64,000 nt of DNA from Botryllus schlosseri (taxonomy: Eukaryota), in NCBI GenBank assembly GCA_051294905.1, contig CM119378.1:558001-622000 (forward strand), given 5' to 3'. The notes under the pieces are model-generated. The model saw nothing but the letters and a program-made list of their open reading frames with translations, had not been told where the DNA came from and searched no databases. The position numbers were made by a program, and so were the translations under genes. Positions 24,690 to 36,200 of the stretch are shown piece by piece (position 1 is the first letter of the stretch; each line of letters starts with the position of its first letter).

Positions 24690-25210
24690 AGTTCCATTGC
24701 GGTCAATGTCCCTCCAATTTCAACGATGACTTCACCTAGGAGTCAAAAGCGCTCAAGTACGGCACACGCGCGTCAACGAAGAACAACTACCGGTACCATA
24801 TGGTCAGGACGGAATACAGGAAAACGCATTGTTATATCAAGTATGCCGGACACCAATTGTGGAACAGCATCTCGCCAGTGGTATCCGACAGTCGAGCTTG
24901 TCCGCATTCAAGTCGAAATGCAAGCAATTTCTTCCAAATGAATATTAGTCAGCCGTCAGGATTACCGGACCACGACCTAACATCGATCTCGCCTTCTGCC
25001 ACATACCTCATTTTGTCGCTTGCCTTTTATATTCTCTGTTTTACTTTTCATTTAGTGTGCATGCCTCTTCTTCATTTCGCCTAGGCCAAGGTGTGTGTCT
25101 GATATCATAGACTACTCCAAGTCGTTTCGACACCTTCCTATCTTTTCATCGTATCGCAGTTTTGTGGTGTTTTGAAATTATGAAAATATTAATAAAACTG
25201 ATTGATTGGC
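24690..25210 (+). mobile_element. Degenerate 3' fragment of the same CR1/L2-group LINE
   Basis: Encodes IKYAGHQLWNSISP plus the 3' UTR. Further tails at ~885-985, 26049-26169/26896-27040, 27840-28010, 30560-30720, 32490-32650. Confidence 0.75.
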
Positions 25211-26169
25211 TCATAATGGTACTCATTCTGTTTGGAATCGGTGTCCTGTACTCACACTATATTTTATTTTTCAATCATTTTTTATTCAATTACTTTAACT
25301 TGGAAAATCATCGCTGCTCACCTGATATATCAGGCAAAAAGGCCAGCGATTCCAATGATTTGATATTGAACTTTCCAAATTTTACGAACTTAGTAATTCT
25401 ACTTCTAAACTGTGTGTTGTAATTTGTAAAAGCTGAATTTTACTAAAAATTCAATCTGTGACCTGGCGGACCAGGCATGCACTAGGACGAGAAAAACAGC
25501 CCTAATCAGGCAAGACTCGCAAGAGACAAGGTATTGGCGTGCCTTGCGTACGTCTAAACTTAAAATTTAGGTAATCTTGAATAACTGGCTAGAGCATTTT
25601 CATTTTCACCGATCTGCAAACACCCAGCCCCAAACTCTATCACGCATTTTAATCGCGGTCCAGAACCTTCCATGGGATCCATGAACGTTTGACTTTCTTC
25701 TTGCCATATTTGTCCCATTACTATGCGTTTAAATATGTGGATAGTAAGTAGAATATATACTGCATTTTTGAGTATCAGTATAAAAAATTTCTTTAGTATG
25801 TTGATTATTATTAATGTACACTTGTAGTTCTGTAATTTTTGTGTCTAAAACGGTGAAAAAGGAGTACTACCCAGAAATGTTCGTACAATAATGGCATGAG
25901 CATTTCCACGAATAAACATGCGAATCAATACGGTATTATATCAAGCGGTTACGTAACGAATTTTGACTTGGGTGCTGGGTGGGGTCAGTCAGTCCATATC
26001 AATTTACAACGTAGCGTTCTACGTTGTAAATTGCTATGGTCAGTCAGTCAGGTTTATTAATATTTTCATCGTTTCAAAACATCACAAGACTGCGATACAA
26101 TGAAAAGATAGGAGGGTGTCGAAACAACTTGGAGTAGCCATTAAGATCAGACACCCACCTTAGCCAAGG

Positions 26170-26895
26170 TCAGGGCTGGCCAACCTTTTCGACCAAAGGG
26201 CCACATTCGATTGACGAACTTTTGCGCGGGCCACTATCCGCGCGAAGCGCGAAAATATTTTGAAGTTCATAGGTCAATAATATTGTCATTTGACTATATT
26301 GCGGGCCTGCTGTATATCGCTGGGCCACGTTTGCGAGGACTTGGCTATTCGGCGCATGGACATATCGATATCGAAAGCTGCGACCAACATGCGTCAATCA
26401 TTTCGTGCCAATAGGTTTCATAGTCGACGGTCTTACTGCGAGCGCAAACGCAAGGTCGCATATGTTGAACGACACTTTGTCTCGTAATCGCGAATATAGC
26501 TAGACTCAATCTGATACATTAGGTGTTCTTCCATTTTCACAAAAGGGCAACAATATTAAAAACAAGAAATCGAGTGACAACATTTTGCGCTAAGCTTGTA
26601 GAAAATTTTTACCTTTGATAAATCAATCGCAAATTATTCTGCTTTATTGTAGTGTACGAAGATATACCAATATGTGAATGGCTGATGGATCTGTCAATGC
26701 GTCGGAACTGATATTTTAGTCATCACATCTCAAATGTTGCGGCCAGACTAATCAAAATTTTGGTTGGCCTTGCAAGTTCGCAATCTGTGCAATCCATTTT
26801 TGATGATACTAGAAATTTCGGAAATTATCTCGCGGACCACTCAAAACCTTCTCGCGGGCCACATGTGGCCCGCGGGCCACGGGTTGGCTGGCCCT
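26170..26895. mobile_element. hAT MITE splitting a LINE tail
   Basis: CAGGGCTGGCCAACC...GGTTGGCTGGCCCTG; GCGGGCCAC repeats. Confidence 0.7.
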
Positions 26896-28561
26896 GGGCC
26901 CTAGGTGAAGTAAATAAGAGGCATGCACACTGAATGAAAAGTAATGCAGAGAATATAAGACGCAAGCGACAAAATGGGGTGGCATGTGGCGGAGGGCGAG
27001 GTCGATGTCAGGTCGTGGTCCGGTAATCCTGAAGACTGGCTAGTAGGGTGGGTTTATATAGCTCAGTGGTGACCTAGAATCTGACCTCCAAGTCTGAAAT
27101 ATCGGCATTGCTCAGAACAATCGGGTAACCGCAACCCAATGGCTATAACAATGACCCGTTGCGACTCTCCGATATTTCTGACTTGGAGGACGGATTCTAG
27201 GTGGATCAGTGCCTGATCATTATTTTAATTTATATTTTCGGAATCGGTGCAACAGTAGCTTTCGATCAAGATTAGATTCAGTAATTTCTGCGCTCGGGAA
27301 TATAGCTTTTGGATTGCCAGAAATCCTACAGTCGCTTACGCAAAACAATTCTCCACTCCAGCCTCAGAGAAGCGGAACGAAGCTGCAAAATCTGTCGTTG
27401 CCGTTCCATGTTTAATTTCTATATTCGAACGCAAAGAGAACGCTAGTTTCAACATTTGACTTATTCAGCCTACTTCTCCGGAGTCTATACCCGAAGGTGG
27501 AAGTAAGCTACTTTGCCCTAAATATTGTAATATATCATTTGTAAAAAAAGTACTATGTTCAAACGTTTGACTATAGAATGTTATATGACTATGTTATATG
27601 ACTATATAATGTTATAGAATGCTATAGCCTAGTTTGACTCACGGATCGATTAAAGCTAGTTGCAAAATGACAACGCCTGCATTCTTTAATGGTGGTGTCG
27701 ATAGTTGGGGAAACGAAATCAGGTCATGATCTGGTAGGGTTACAACTGAAATTCGTCTTTCAGTTTGAGATCGCAGCAATCATAGGCCAGTGTTAATTTC
27801 CACAAATTATGCTTAAACTGATCTCTGCCAAGTACGGTATCTAGCCGGCTATCCAACAGTCGTTGAAATTTTCCATATTCAAGTGGAAATACAAGCAACT
27901 TCTACTGACTAAATATTAATCAGCCCGCAAGATTACTGGACTACGATCTGACATATCGATTTCGCCTTTCGTCACGTGCCACCTCATTTTTTGTTTGTAC
28001 TTTTTTATTACCTTTGTAACTGATCAAGAATTATGGGTCGTGTTGTACCAATACTTAACTTGCGATTTGCTATCTTAAAGCTGGTGAATTATTAATCCAC
28101 AGATTCCTTCGATACAGATATATTTCAGATAAGTACGTCGAAGTTGCGTCAAAATGGATCTCAAGTCATGCGGTAGAAATCAGGGTTTTTATACTCAAGT
28201 GATACGAAAAAGTATTATGTAGTTTGAGTGAGTTATGCCGTGATAGTGTGCAATTGTATGCTGAGCATGTGGGGGGCTAATTGCTAGGATAAATAATGTA
28301 TTTCCACAAACATGGTGATGGAACATTGCATTTAGAGCAGTGGTTCTCAACCGCCGGTCCGCGGACCGGTGCCGGTCCGCGACGACATTCCTGCCGGTCC
28401 GCCAGGTATATTACAGTTTTATACCTTAAATTCAAGATGCAATGTAAAAGGCTTGTACATTGATCGAATAAATAAAACATCAAATTTTAAACTGATTCAG
28501 AACTTCTTGAGGTAACACTAGGGCTGGAAACATGTTCGATTTGACTTAAAGTTCAAGAGGT

Positions 28562-28843
28562 TTGCTTGCTTGCTTGTTTTGGGGTATTCATGGTGTTTTT
28601 CGACTACTATGGTCATTTACACCAGGCCGATATTCTTCTTATTTTCCGTAACTGCCGACTTATAGCACGGCCCACCTCTAGGCTTTTGTACGACACCGCT
28701 GACGCGGATGAGGTGGCGAGGAGGAGCCTAGGCAAACCTCCAACACTTAGGTATCGGAATTCGGAAGTCGACCTCGGTCGGACTCGAACCCACACCCATT
28801 GGTGTTGCAGCCGCGGATTATACCACTGCGCTATCTCGCCACT
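28562..28843 (-). mobile_element. tRNA-derived SINE (Cys-like head)
   Basis: A box TAGCGCAGTGG, B box GGTTCGAGTCC, CTGCAAC anticodon-like loop; (CAAG)n tail; 13-bp TSD AAGTTCAAGAGGT. Confidence 0.85.
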
Positions 28844-29050
28844 AAGTTCAAGAGGTGTCACTTGACGACATGCGAGCGACTAGTACAGAACAGGTACGAG
28901 CTGACTCATCGCTAAACAACGCAGTTTGCGCGAGCATTCGTCTTCAATTCATTTATTTTGTGCAGGACCGATAACCGGGGCACCCCAAACCGCCTATTTG
29001 GAGAAGGGGTGAGCTCGAAAAGAACCCGAAATTATTTTGCAAATGAACAT

Positions 29051-29554
29051 CAGAGTTGTAACCAAGTCACAAGGTTCCGAGTCACAAGTCAATCTCACTT
29101 TATTAGTTTTGACTCTAGTCAAGTCGAGTCATTTTCAATTCACCACCCAGTCAAGTCCTAGTCCAAGTCACTGAGTAGACTGTCGAGTCCGAGTCATAGT
29201 GTTTTGACTCGAGTCCGAGTCCAAGTCATTGTGTGGACTTTTCAGTTTAGAGTTAATGTCATGTGAAACCCACTTTTCACAACCCTACACGGTGATATCG
29301 AATGCTTCTCATTCATAATATTCATAATATCCTCATTTTCCTCACTTTTAACAGTTTCAGGTAGCATTTTCAAGTACCGGTATTGATAGACGAAATAATA
29401 TCAGTGTGATAACTTTACTACTCTTCGAAATTGTAATGAAAGGCCTGTCTTGGTAGACCCAGTCTCGAGTCATATTACTTGGTCCGAGTCATGCGCAATG
29501 ACTCGAGTACAAGTCGAGTCAATACACAAATTGACTCGAGTCATTACAACCATG
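29051..29554. mobile_element. hAT-type MITE with GAGTC/GACTC subterminal repeats
   Basis: CAGAGTTGTAA..TTACAACCATG; TSD ATGAACAT. Confidence 0.8.
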
Positions 29555-32500
29555 ATGAACATGTTCATGTTCATTGAACATAAATCATAGCGTATTTTTT
29601 TGAAACTTTTTCCAACATTTTTCAATTTCTTCTCGCTCTTTGCGCGATTTAGTGTCACTAAATGTCTTGCATATTAGATGCCCTTCTCCGACAAATACGC
29701 ATGATTTATAGAAATAGGCATTTGGGCGTCAGTCATCACCGCGCCATGACGTAACAACACATAATAATGAAGATTAGGCTAACATGGGACTCCGAAACGC
29801 GTGCCAAAAATACGGCAGCGAGAAAACCGATTCAGTCATGAATGATGGAAAATTTTCACTATTGGCGCGATTAAGCAACTTAAACCCTTTGCTTACACTG
29901 ATTAAAATGAATGTGCTCACAAGCAGCCTGCAGGTGAAAACATCCGCCCAACTGTGGCTTCATCGACCTGTGGGGAACAAGATCAACGCTTTTGGGGGTG
30001 GGCTGACGAAGTGCTTTTTCGTCACGGATTGCCGGTATAGTTGCTGTAAGGTGTTTTCTTGCGTCACGCATTGTATTCGAAGTTGCCAGAGTAGCCTATG
30101 CGTCCGGTGGCAGTGGGCAATGAGCAAGGTAACACGACAATGTGCTTGGTTCGACTCCGAAACGCTTCTTGTATAGATATTGTCAAAGAGAATAATAATA
30201 TTCGAGTTGGCGTGGTCGGATAAACCCACCGCCTTCGGCACGAAACACTGTAAACGACTCTCGGCGGTAGCACGTTTATCTATGGATAAGGCAATTTCAC
30301 ATCGAGTCAGCAGACTGACTACCATAAAATCACATGGATGCCATCGTGAAGATAATTAATTACGATCAAAACCCTCTGAATCTCACTCTATAGCATCATA
30401 TAATTGCAAAAAACGGCTGCATGCTTTGCATTTTGGTTTAATTTCAATTTTGAAAGTTCACCGGTCCGACAGTCATTTTTTGAAATTTTACCGGTCCGCG
30501 AGGTGAAAAAGGTTGAGAACCACTGATTTAGAGGACCAGCGGTCTGTTACACCTTCTTTAAATTTACATTCAGTGTGCAAGCCTCCTCTTTACATCGCCT
30601 AGGCCAGGTGGTGTCTCATTTCAAAGACTACTCCTAGTCGTTTCGTCATCTTCCGATATATTTTCATTGGATCGCAGCTTTGTAGGTGTTTTTAAAACGA
30701 TAAAATAAATATTAAAACTGAACTTAAGTACGACATTTTGGTCGAATTTTACAAATGCAATGTTGTATACTGCAAAAGTAGTAAAGAAAGCATAATTTCA
30801 CGATGCGGATGGAAGCTGCAAGGTCTGTTCAGTTCCAATCGGACACTTTCATCTCGTCAAATGCGACGTTCTTGATATGACACGCCGTTCTTGATGCCGC
30901 GACAAGCAGCGTCGTTCGAGCCAAAAAAATACGGAATAACGCTTCACACTTGGGGTCACTGATCCACCTTGATTGAGCGTCGTAAATTTTATATTTGTGC
31001 TAATTTTGCAGTATTTGGACGACGAGAACGCAAGTGTGTTGTATTTGTAGGCAGACGTGGTCAGCAGTCACGAAGTACTTATACATTTCAGGATATACGA
31101 AGTACGAATCCCACTTATACTCGAGTGAATAGTATATATTGAAGTTCTGTACCTCCAAGATGCTCATGCTCAAGTGTTTAAGATTTCAGTTTGAACTATA
31201 CTCCCAACTTCTACTTGACAGTTTTCGTATTTCTAGGCGAAATTAGAACTTAGAATTATGGCTGGGACAAAATCGAGTACTTGATGAGTAATTTGACTCG
31301 TAATTCGACGAGTATAGTATTAGACGTCGAGTCGTGTATTCTTGTATCCCTGATTTTACGTCATCACAGTATAAACGATGTGGAAAGCACGCCTTTTATG
31401 CGACCAGAAATAGTATAATGCCATTTCTATATCACAATAAAGATAATTTTGTATAATTTCGACCATACCTATTTCATTGCGATTTGTGACATGCTGTGAT
31501 CATGACTTCACAGTCATTTTCAATTACGTGCGTAACTCACCAGTTCTACATGCTTCGTATGCTGTGATACGATCAAATCGAGGCTTCGGGGCTTCCACAA
31601 GTGAAAGCACTGTGGAAAATGTCATTTTTGTGGGTGAATCAACCTTATCAAGAACCTTATAATTTCAGTACCGGAAAAAATCCATCTCTCACTACTCGGC
31701 CTGAATAGTCAGAATTAATACTCGATTCAGATTCGAGAATGGTGCCCAACACTACTTAGAATACTTACTACTCGCTACTTATACCAGTTCTTAATTTCAC
31801 AAGGTCTGGTCGCTTAAAATCTCTTATGTCATTCGTCATACTTGTTTCGTTGATGTCTTTTTCGTGACGGTGCATGACGTAATGTTTCGACTTATGCACA
31901 AGTGAGATAACGAGGATACATAGCTCGCGGCGAGAAGAGTGAAGATACAGAAACAAAGACAGCGCTTGAAATGCGAAACACATATAGCGCACATCTCCTC
32001 TATTGTGTGATACAGCGACAGTTAGATCAGTGCAGCAATATTGTTTGAGCACGTCAGGAAATATCGAAGGCTAGTTTCGCACTCCAACGCATCCGCCTCT
32101 TACATAGAGCGAGATAGGTGATCGCGAAATCGTTTGATCGGTGCTTCGTTCCTAAGCAGTCTAGTTGTAGAAAAGCGCTTGAGATTTAACTGTTAGCGTT
32201 AGGTATATTGTAAATGAAAATAAATAATTTGTAATCTGAAGAAAGTAACCTATAGTCATTCTACGAGGTAATATTAATGACGAGATGTGGTTGATCATTT
32301 GTATGGACAAGTCGACATCAATCGGTGTTGTAAGGGCTGGGTCTTCTAGTCGACTGCACAAATTTTCAAACTGTAATAAACAGACAGAAGTTTGAATAAT
32401 ATGTTCGTTCATCTTGAAATAACCCCATTTTCGGCCGACGCTCGTAAGGGGGAATGTCAGCCGAAAATATTAGGGTTTGTTTCAATATGTGTGTGTGCAT

Positions 32501-33109
32501 AAGTGCATGTCTCCTATTTACATCGCCTAGGTTCAGGCGGGTGTCTGATTTCAAAGACTACTCCAAGTCGTTTCCACACCTTCCTGTCTCTTCATTGTAT
32601 AGCAGTCTTGTGATGTTTTGTAATATTGAAATTAATAATAAACTGATACTGACGCATATATGTTTCTATGAAATTCTGTACATCTAAAAGTATCTTTCAA
32701 AATAAGAGGAACTTTTCTGTCAAATGGTGGCCAACGATACCATCATTAGGTCATTAAGTCAGCCGGTCAGATTACATAATCATGATGATATGTAGCTTAG
32801 GACTACATGTTATAAATTTATGTGTAATATGTATAATGCAATAATAATAATAATGATGATGATTACAATCTATGTGTGTGATTTAATATGTACAATCGAA
32901 TATACATAGGTAAATCAGCTTCAAGCGACGCTTAGAAATGTCGGGCACCGTTTGGCTTATTCATTAAAAGCACCTTTAATGTGACGTCAGCGATCTTCGA
33001 TCGATCTTTACCCTTTAGAATGCGATGCTCGACCTCAACTAGAACTCTAATCAGCAGAAATACGTAACGCCGTCATTTCGGTAGTGACGTGTCACGACAG
33101 AGAAATATA

Positions 33110-33241
33110 ATGAGTACCGAACGACGGAGGAAAGGAGGTTACGATTATTTGAAAAATGAAGAAAAAATACGAGCTTTGATCCTCGAGGAATTGCTGGAGA
33201 GCGAGAAGAACTTCGTCGATAAATTGGAATTCACGACAAAT
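33110..33241 (+). CDS. DH-PH gene exon 1
   Basis: MSTERRRKGGYDYLKNEEKIRALILEELLESEKNFVDKLEFTTN|gtaata. Confidence 0.8.
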
Positions 33242-36200
33242 GTAATAAATCGCTTTACGAGCGGACAGCTACAAAATTTTCAAATTTTCTAAATTAGATT
33301 AGAATTAGAATTACTTAATTCGCAAAACTTAGAAATTGAATTCAATTCCGGATGGGAAAGAAATCATACAGATCTGAATTCATTCGCATAAGCTCGAGAA
33401 TGGCAAATATCTGTGCACCAAGCTTGGCTGGTTTATCACGATACATAGTTCACTTGCAGTATTTTCGGAAAACCAGAAATTCGATCAGAATAAAAATGAG
33501 AGCGTAGAAACATTTCACATATTAGATTAGAATTCGATTTCGGACTCTAATGAGTTTAATCGGGCAACTAGAATTGCTTAGTAGTCCAAGTCTATGTGAG
33601 AGACGACATCGCCCCATCATTAGACTCTATCATAGAATATATATACGTATTTCACGAATTTGATTACCTGCATTTCCATATAATAGATGCAATCAATCAA
33701 CTATAATTATCTAGTTGTACAAGTCTGTTGGTGTGGATGAAACGTTTGATGAAATTTCGCTTTTTTTTACAGAGGATGAAAAGAGAGCTCGAAAAATGTT
33801 CGGAATTAATCGAATTCGAAATCGACGAAGGTCACGTGCGCGGCTTGTTCGGAAATATCAGCGATATCCAGCGGATCCACGAACAGCTGCTAGCGAAATT
33901 GAGAGTGGCCCTCCCCGAGGGCCGGGAAAGAGACCCAACAAACAGCGTCGGACATTGTTTCGTCAGTATGGTGAGCAGAGGGGTGAAAGTAGTTTTCGCT
34001 GACGGCGCTTGAGTAAAAGTAGAAATGATAAGATCGTAAATTTCCGCTTAAGTAACAGCAGAAATAGTGATTTCCAAGTAAGTAAGTAAATAATTCAGTA
34101 TTCAGACATACTTTTGCCTAAAACTGAAAACTGATAGGTATAAGCATTAAGCATACTTCTGCAGTCTAAAATGCATAACCAAACCACTAAACAGTTGAGT
34201 AAGGATACCGGAGGAAGGTAAAACCTGCTCGAATCTTGAATACTCGCCGGAGATCAGAAGTATACTCTAGCCATCGTTTTTTTTCTAAAAAATCAAAATC
34301 TGTCAAGTAGAAGTGTAAGTTTTCTTAAATATATAGGGATGGTGGGATCCCCTGAAAGGTTCTGGTTCGTGTGAATGCGAACCATTTGAAAGGTTCTATG
34401 TGAACGCGAACCTATGTCGTCACGTGACGTCATATTGCTAATTCTAACCCTACATGTTCGTAAAGTAGTACATGAATGTGCAGTACACCTCTAGCGACTA
34501 CTCAGGTCACATTATACGACAGTGTTGAAGTAAAAGCTGGCTTTTAAGGCATCACCAAATGTATGAATCGGAACAATCAAACGCTATAACAATTCCGTAA
34601 AATCAATATTCTCCGTCGCCTTACCAACAATGTCGGCGAGGATTTGTAAGGGAATATAAGCTTACGTCCTAACGGTCTAGGCTAGAGCTAGGCCGGGCGA
34701 TGTATTCTTAAGGTGACAGACTAATGTTATATTGATATTGATAAGAGTTAAATACCGGTTTATATACTTGCTACAGATATCATCTAAAATGGTGTTATTC
34801 AGAAGCCCACACCCTAATCGGGCGAATTTAATGATACAATAAACATATCAAATCAAGATAGATCCCGTACGCCTGTTATTTTTCTAAATTAGACAACGAT
34901 GCATTTTTTTATCAGTTTGGCTCATGTCAATAATTGATAATGATTGTTATTGCGGGACAACATAGAGTCGCAGAATATTCTCAAACGGAAAGCTGAGTGA
35001 TCCAAAGTCTGAATCGAAAGAATGTAGAAACTATCAAGGTTCGTTTGTGAACGCGAACCTCCAAATATCCGAGGTTCACACACCGAAAGCGAACGTGAAC
35101 CTCACGTTCACACTATCCCTGCTAAAAGCAATAATCTAATGTGTAAGCAGCATAAGTTGCAGAACCTGCTTGAACCTGTAGAAGCACTACATCCCTAGTG
35201 TTTCCTAGAAAACTGAAAGGTGTTAACTATAATTGAATTGATTCATACTGAATTAAACTCGTTGTTGATATACGAAGTTCTTTTCAATTCTCTACTAGTA
35301 TCTGACGATTGACCCTTGGTGTGATTCAATATGAATATATTATTCAATTGTCTATTGAAGTTCTGTACTCCCGAGAGTCTCTTCCAAGTTTATGTGGGAG
35401 TGGCATAATCAATCCTATAAGTATAGTTCCAGTAAGCGAACTCCGCTTGAGTACTTTGAATAAGTTGAAGTGCTTCGTTTCAGAAACGACATGTTACCCG
35501 GAAGTGCGATTTTACTACTACCAGACCTTTTGCGTTCAGGAAAACGACTTTAAGATTTACGAGCAATACATCTCCAACCATTCGCGGTCTCAGATCATGA
35601 TGTCGGATTTGGGGAAGATGTCGTCCATGAAAGGCGTGCTAGAGGTGAGAGTCTTTGTCGATTCTGAGCTACAGCGTTCTCATGACGTTGACGGTTGACG
35701 TAACAGCGCTGGATTAAGGATTGTCCGAGCTTGTCCGACGAACTGAAAGGGCGATCTGTCCTGGAGGTTTATCTCCGAGAACCCTTGCTTCGTGTAGGTC
35801 GATACAACGTTATTTTAAAGGTGGGTATACTATATATTTATATTGGTCTAATTTGACTGATTTGAATTTGTTTCTATGCTCTAATTTCAATTCTAATCCA
35901 ATTTATGTCTTAATTCCTGAAAATAAGACAGGAAAGCTGTGTGGTACGAAAGTAGCAAATATGCTCTGTGTACATACATTTGTCGTTCTCATGCTTATGA
36001 GAATTAACTGATCTTTATTTAATCCAACTTCCAAGGTTTTGCGACATTAAGTAATTATAATTCCGATCTATTTGGTAAAAAAACGGTGTAGCTATCATCC
36101 CAATTACAATCCAATCTCTGGTTTTTCTATAAAGGCTATACGGGCAAACTGTGTAGTAACAAGCCAAGCTTGATGTACATACATGACATTTTTATTCTTA

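Larger units (their letters stand above)
28338..30525. mobile_element. Non-autonomous hAT (Buster/Charlie-type) element with a nested SINE and MITE
   Basis: TIR CAGTGGTTCTCAACC; TSD ATTTAGAG. Confidence 0.88.

Noticed and set aside
25560..25720. Short minus-strand ORFs upstream of CCT2
   Set aside because: No recognisable homology or splice structure.
28765..28842. Functional tRNA-Cys gene
   Set aside because: A and B boxes are present, but the acceptor and anticodon stems do not pair. The sequence continues into a body, tail and TSD typical of a SINE.
32982..32989. CRE site TGACGTCA upstream of the DH-PH gene
   Set aside because: Plausible, but the same 8-mer recurs inside repeats in this window, so sequence alone does not support it.
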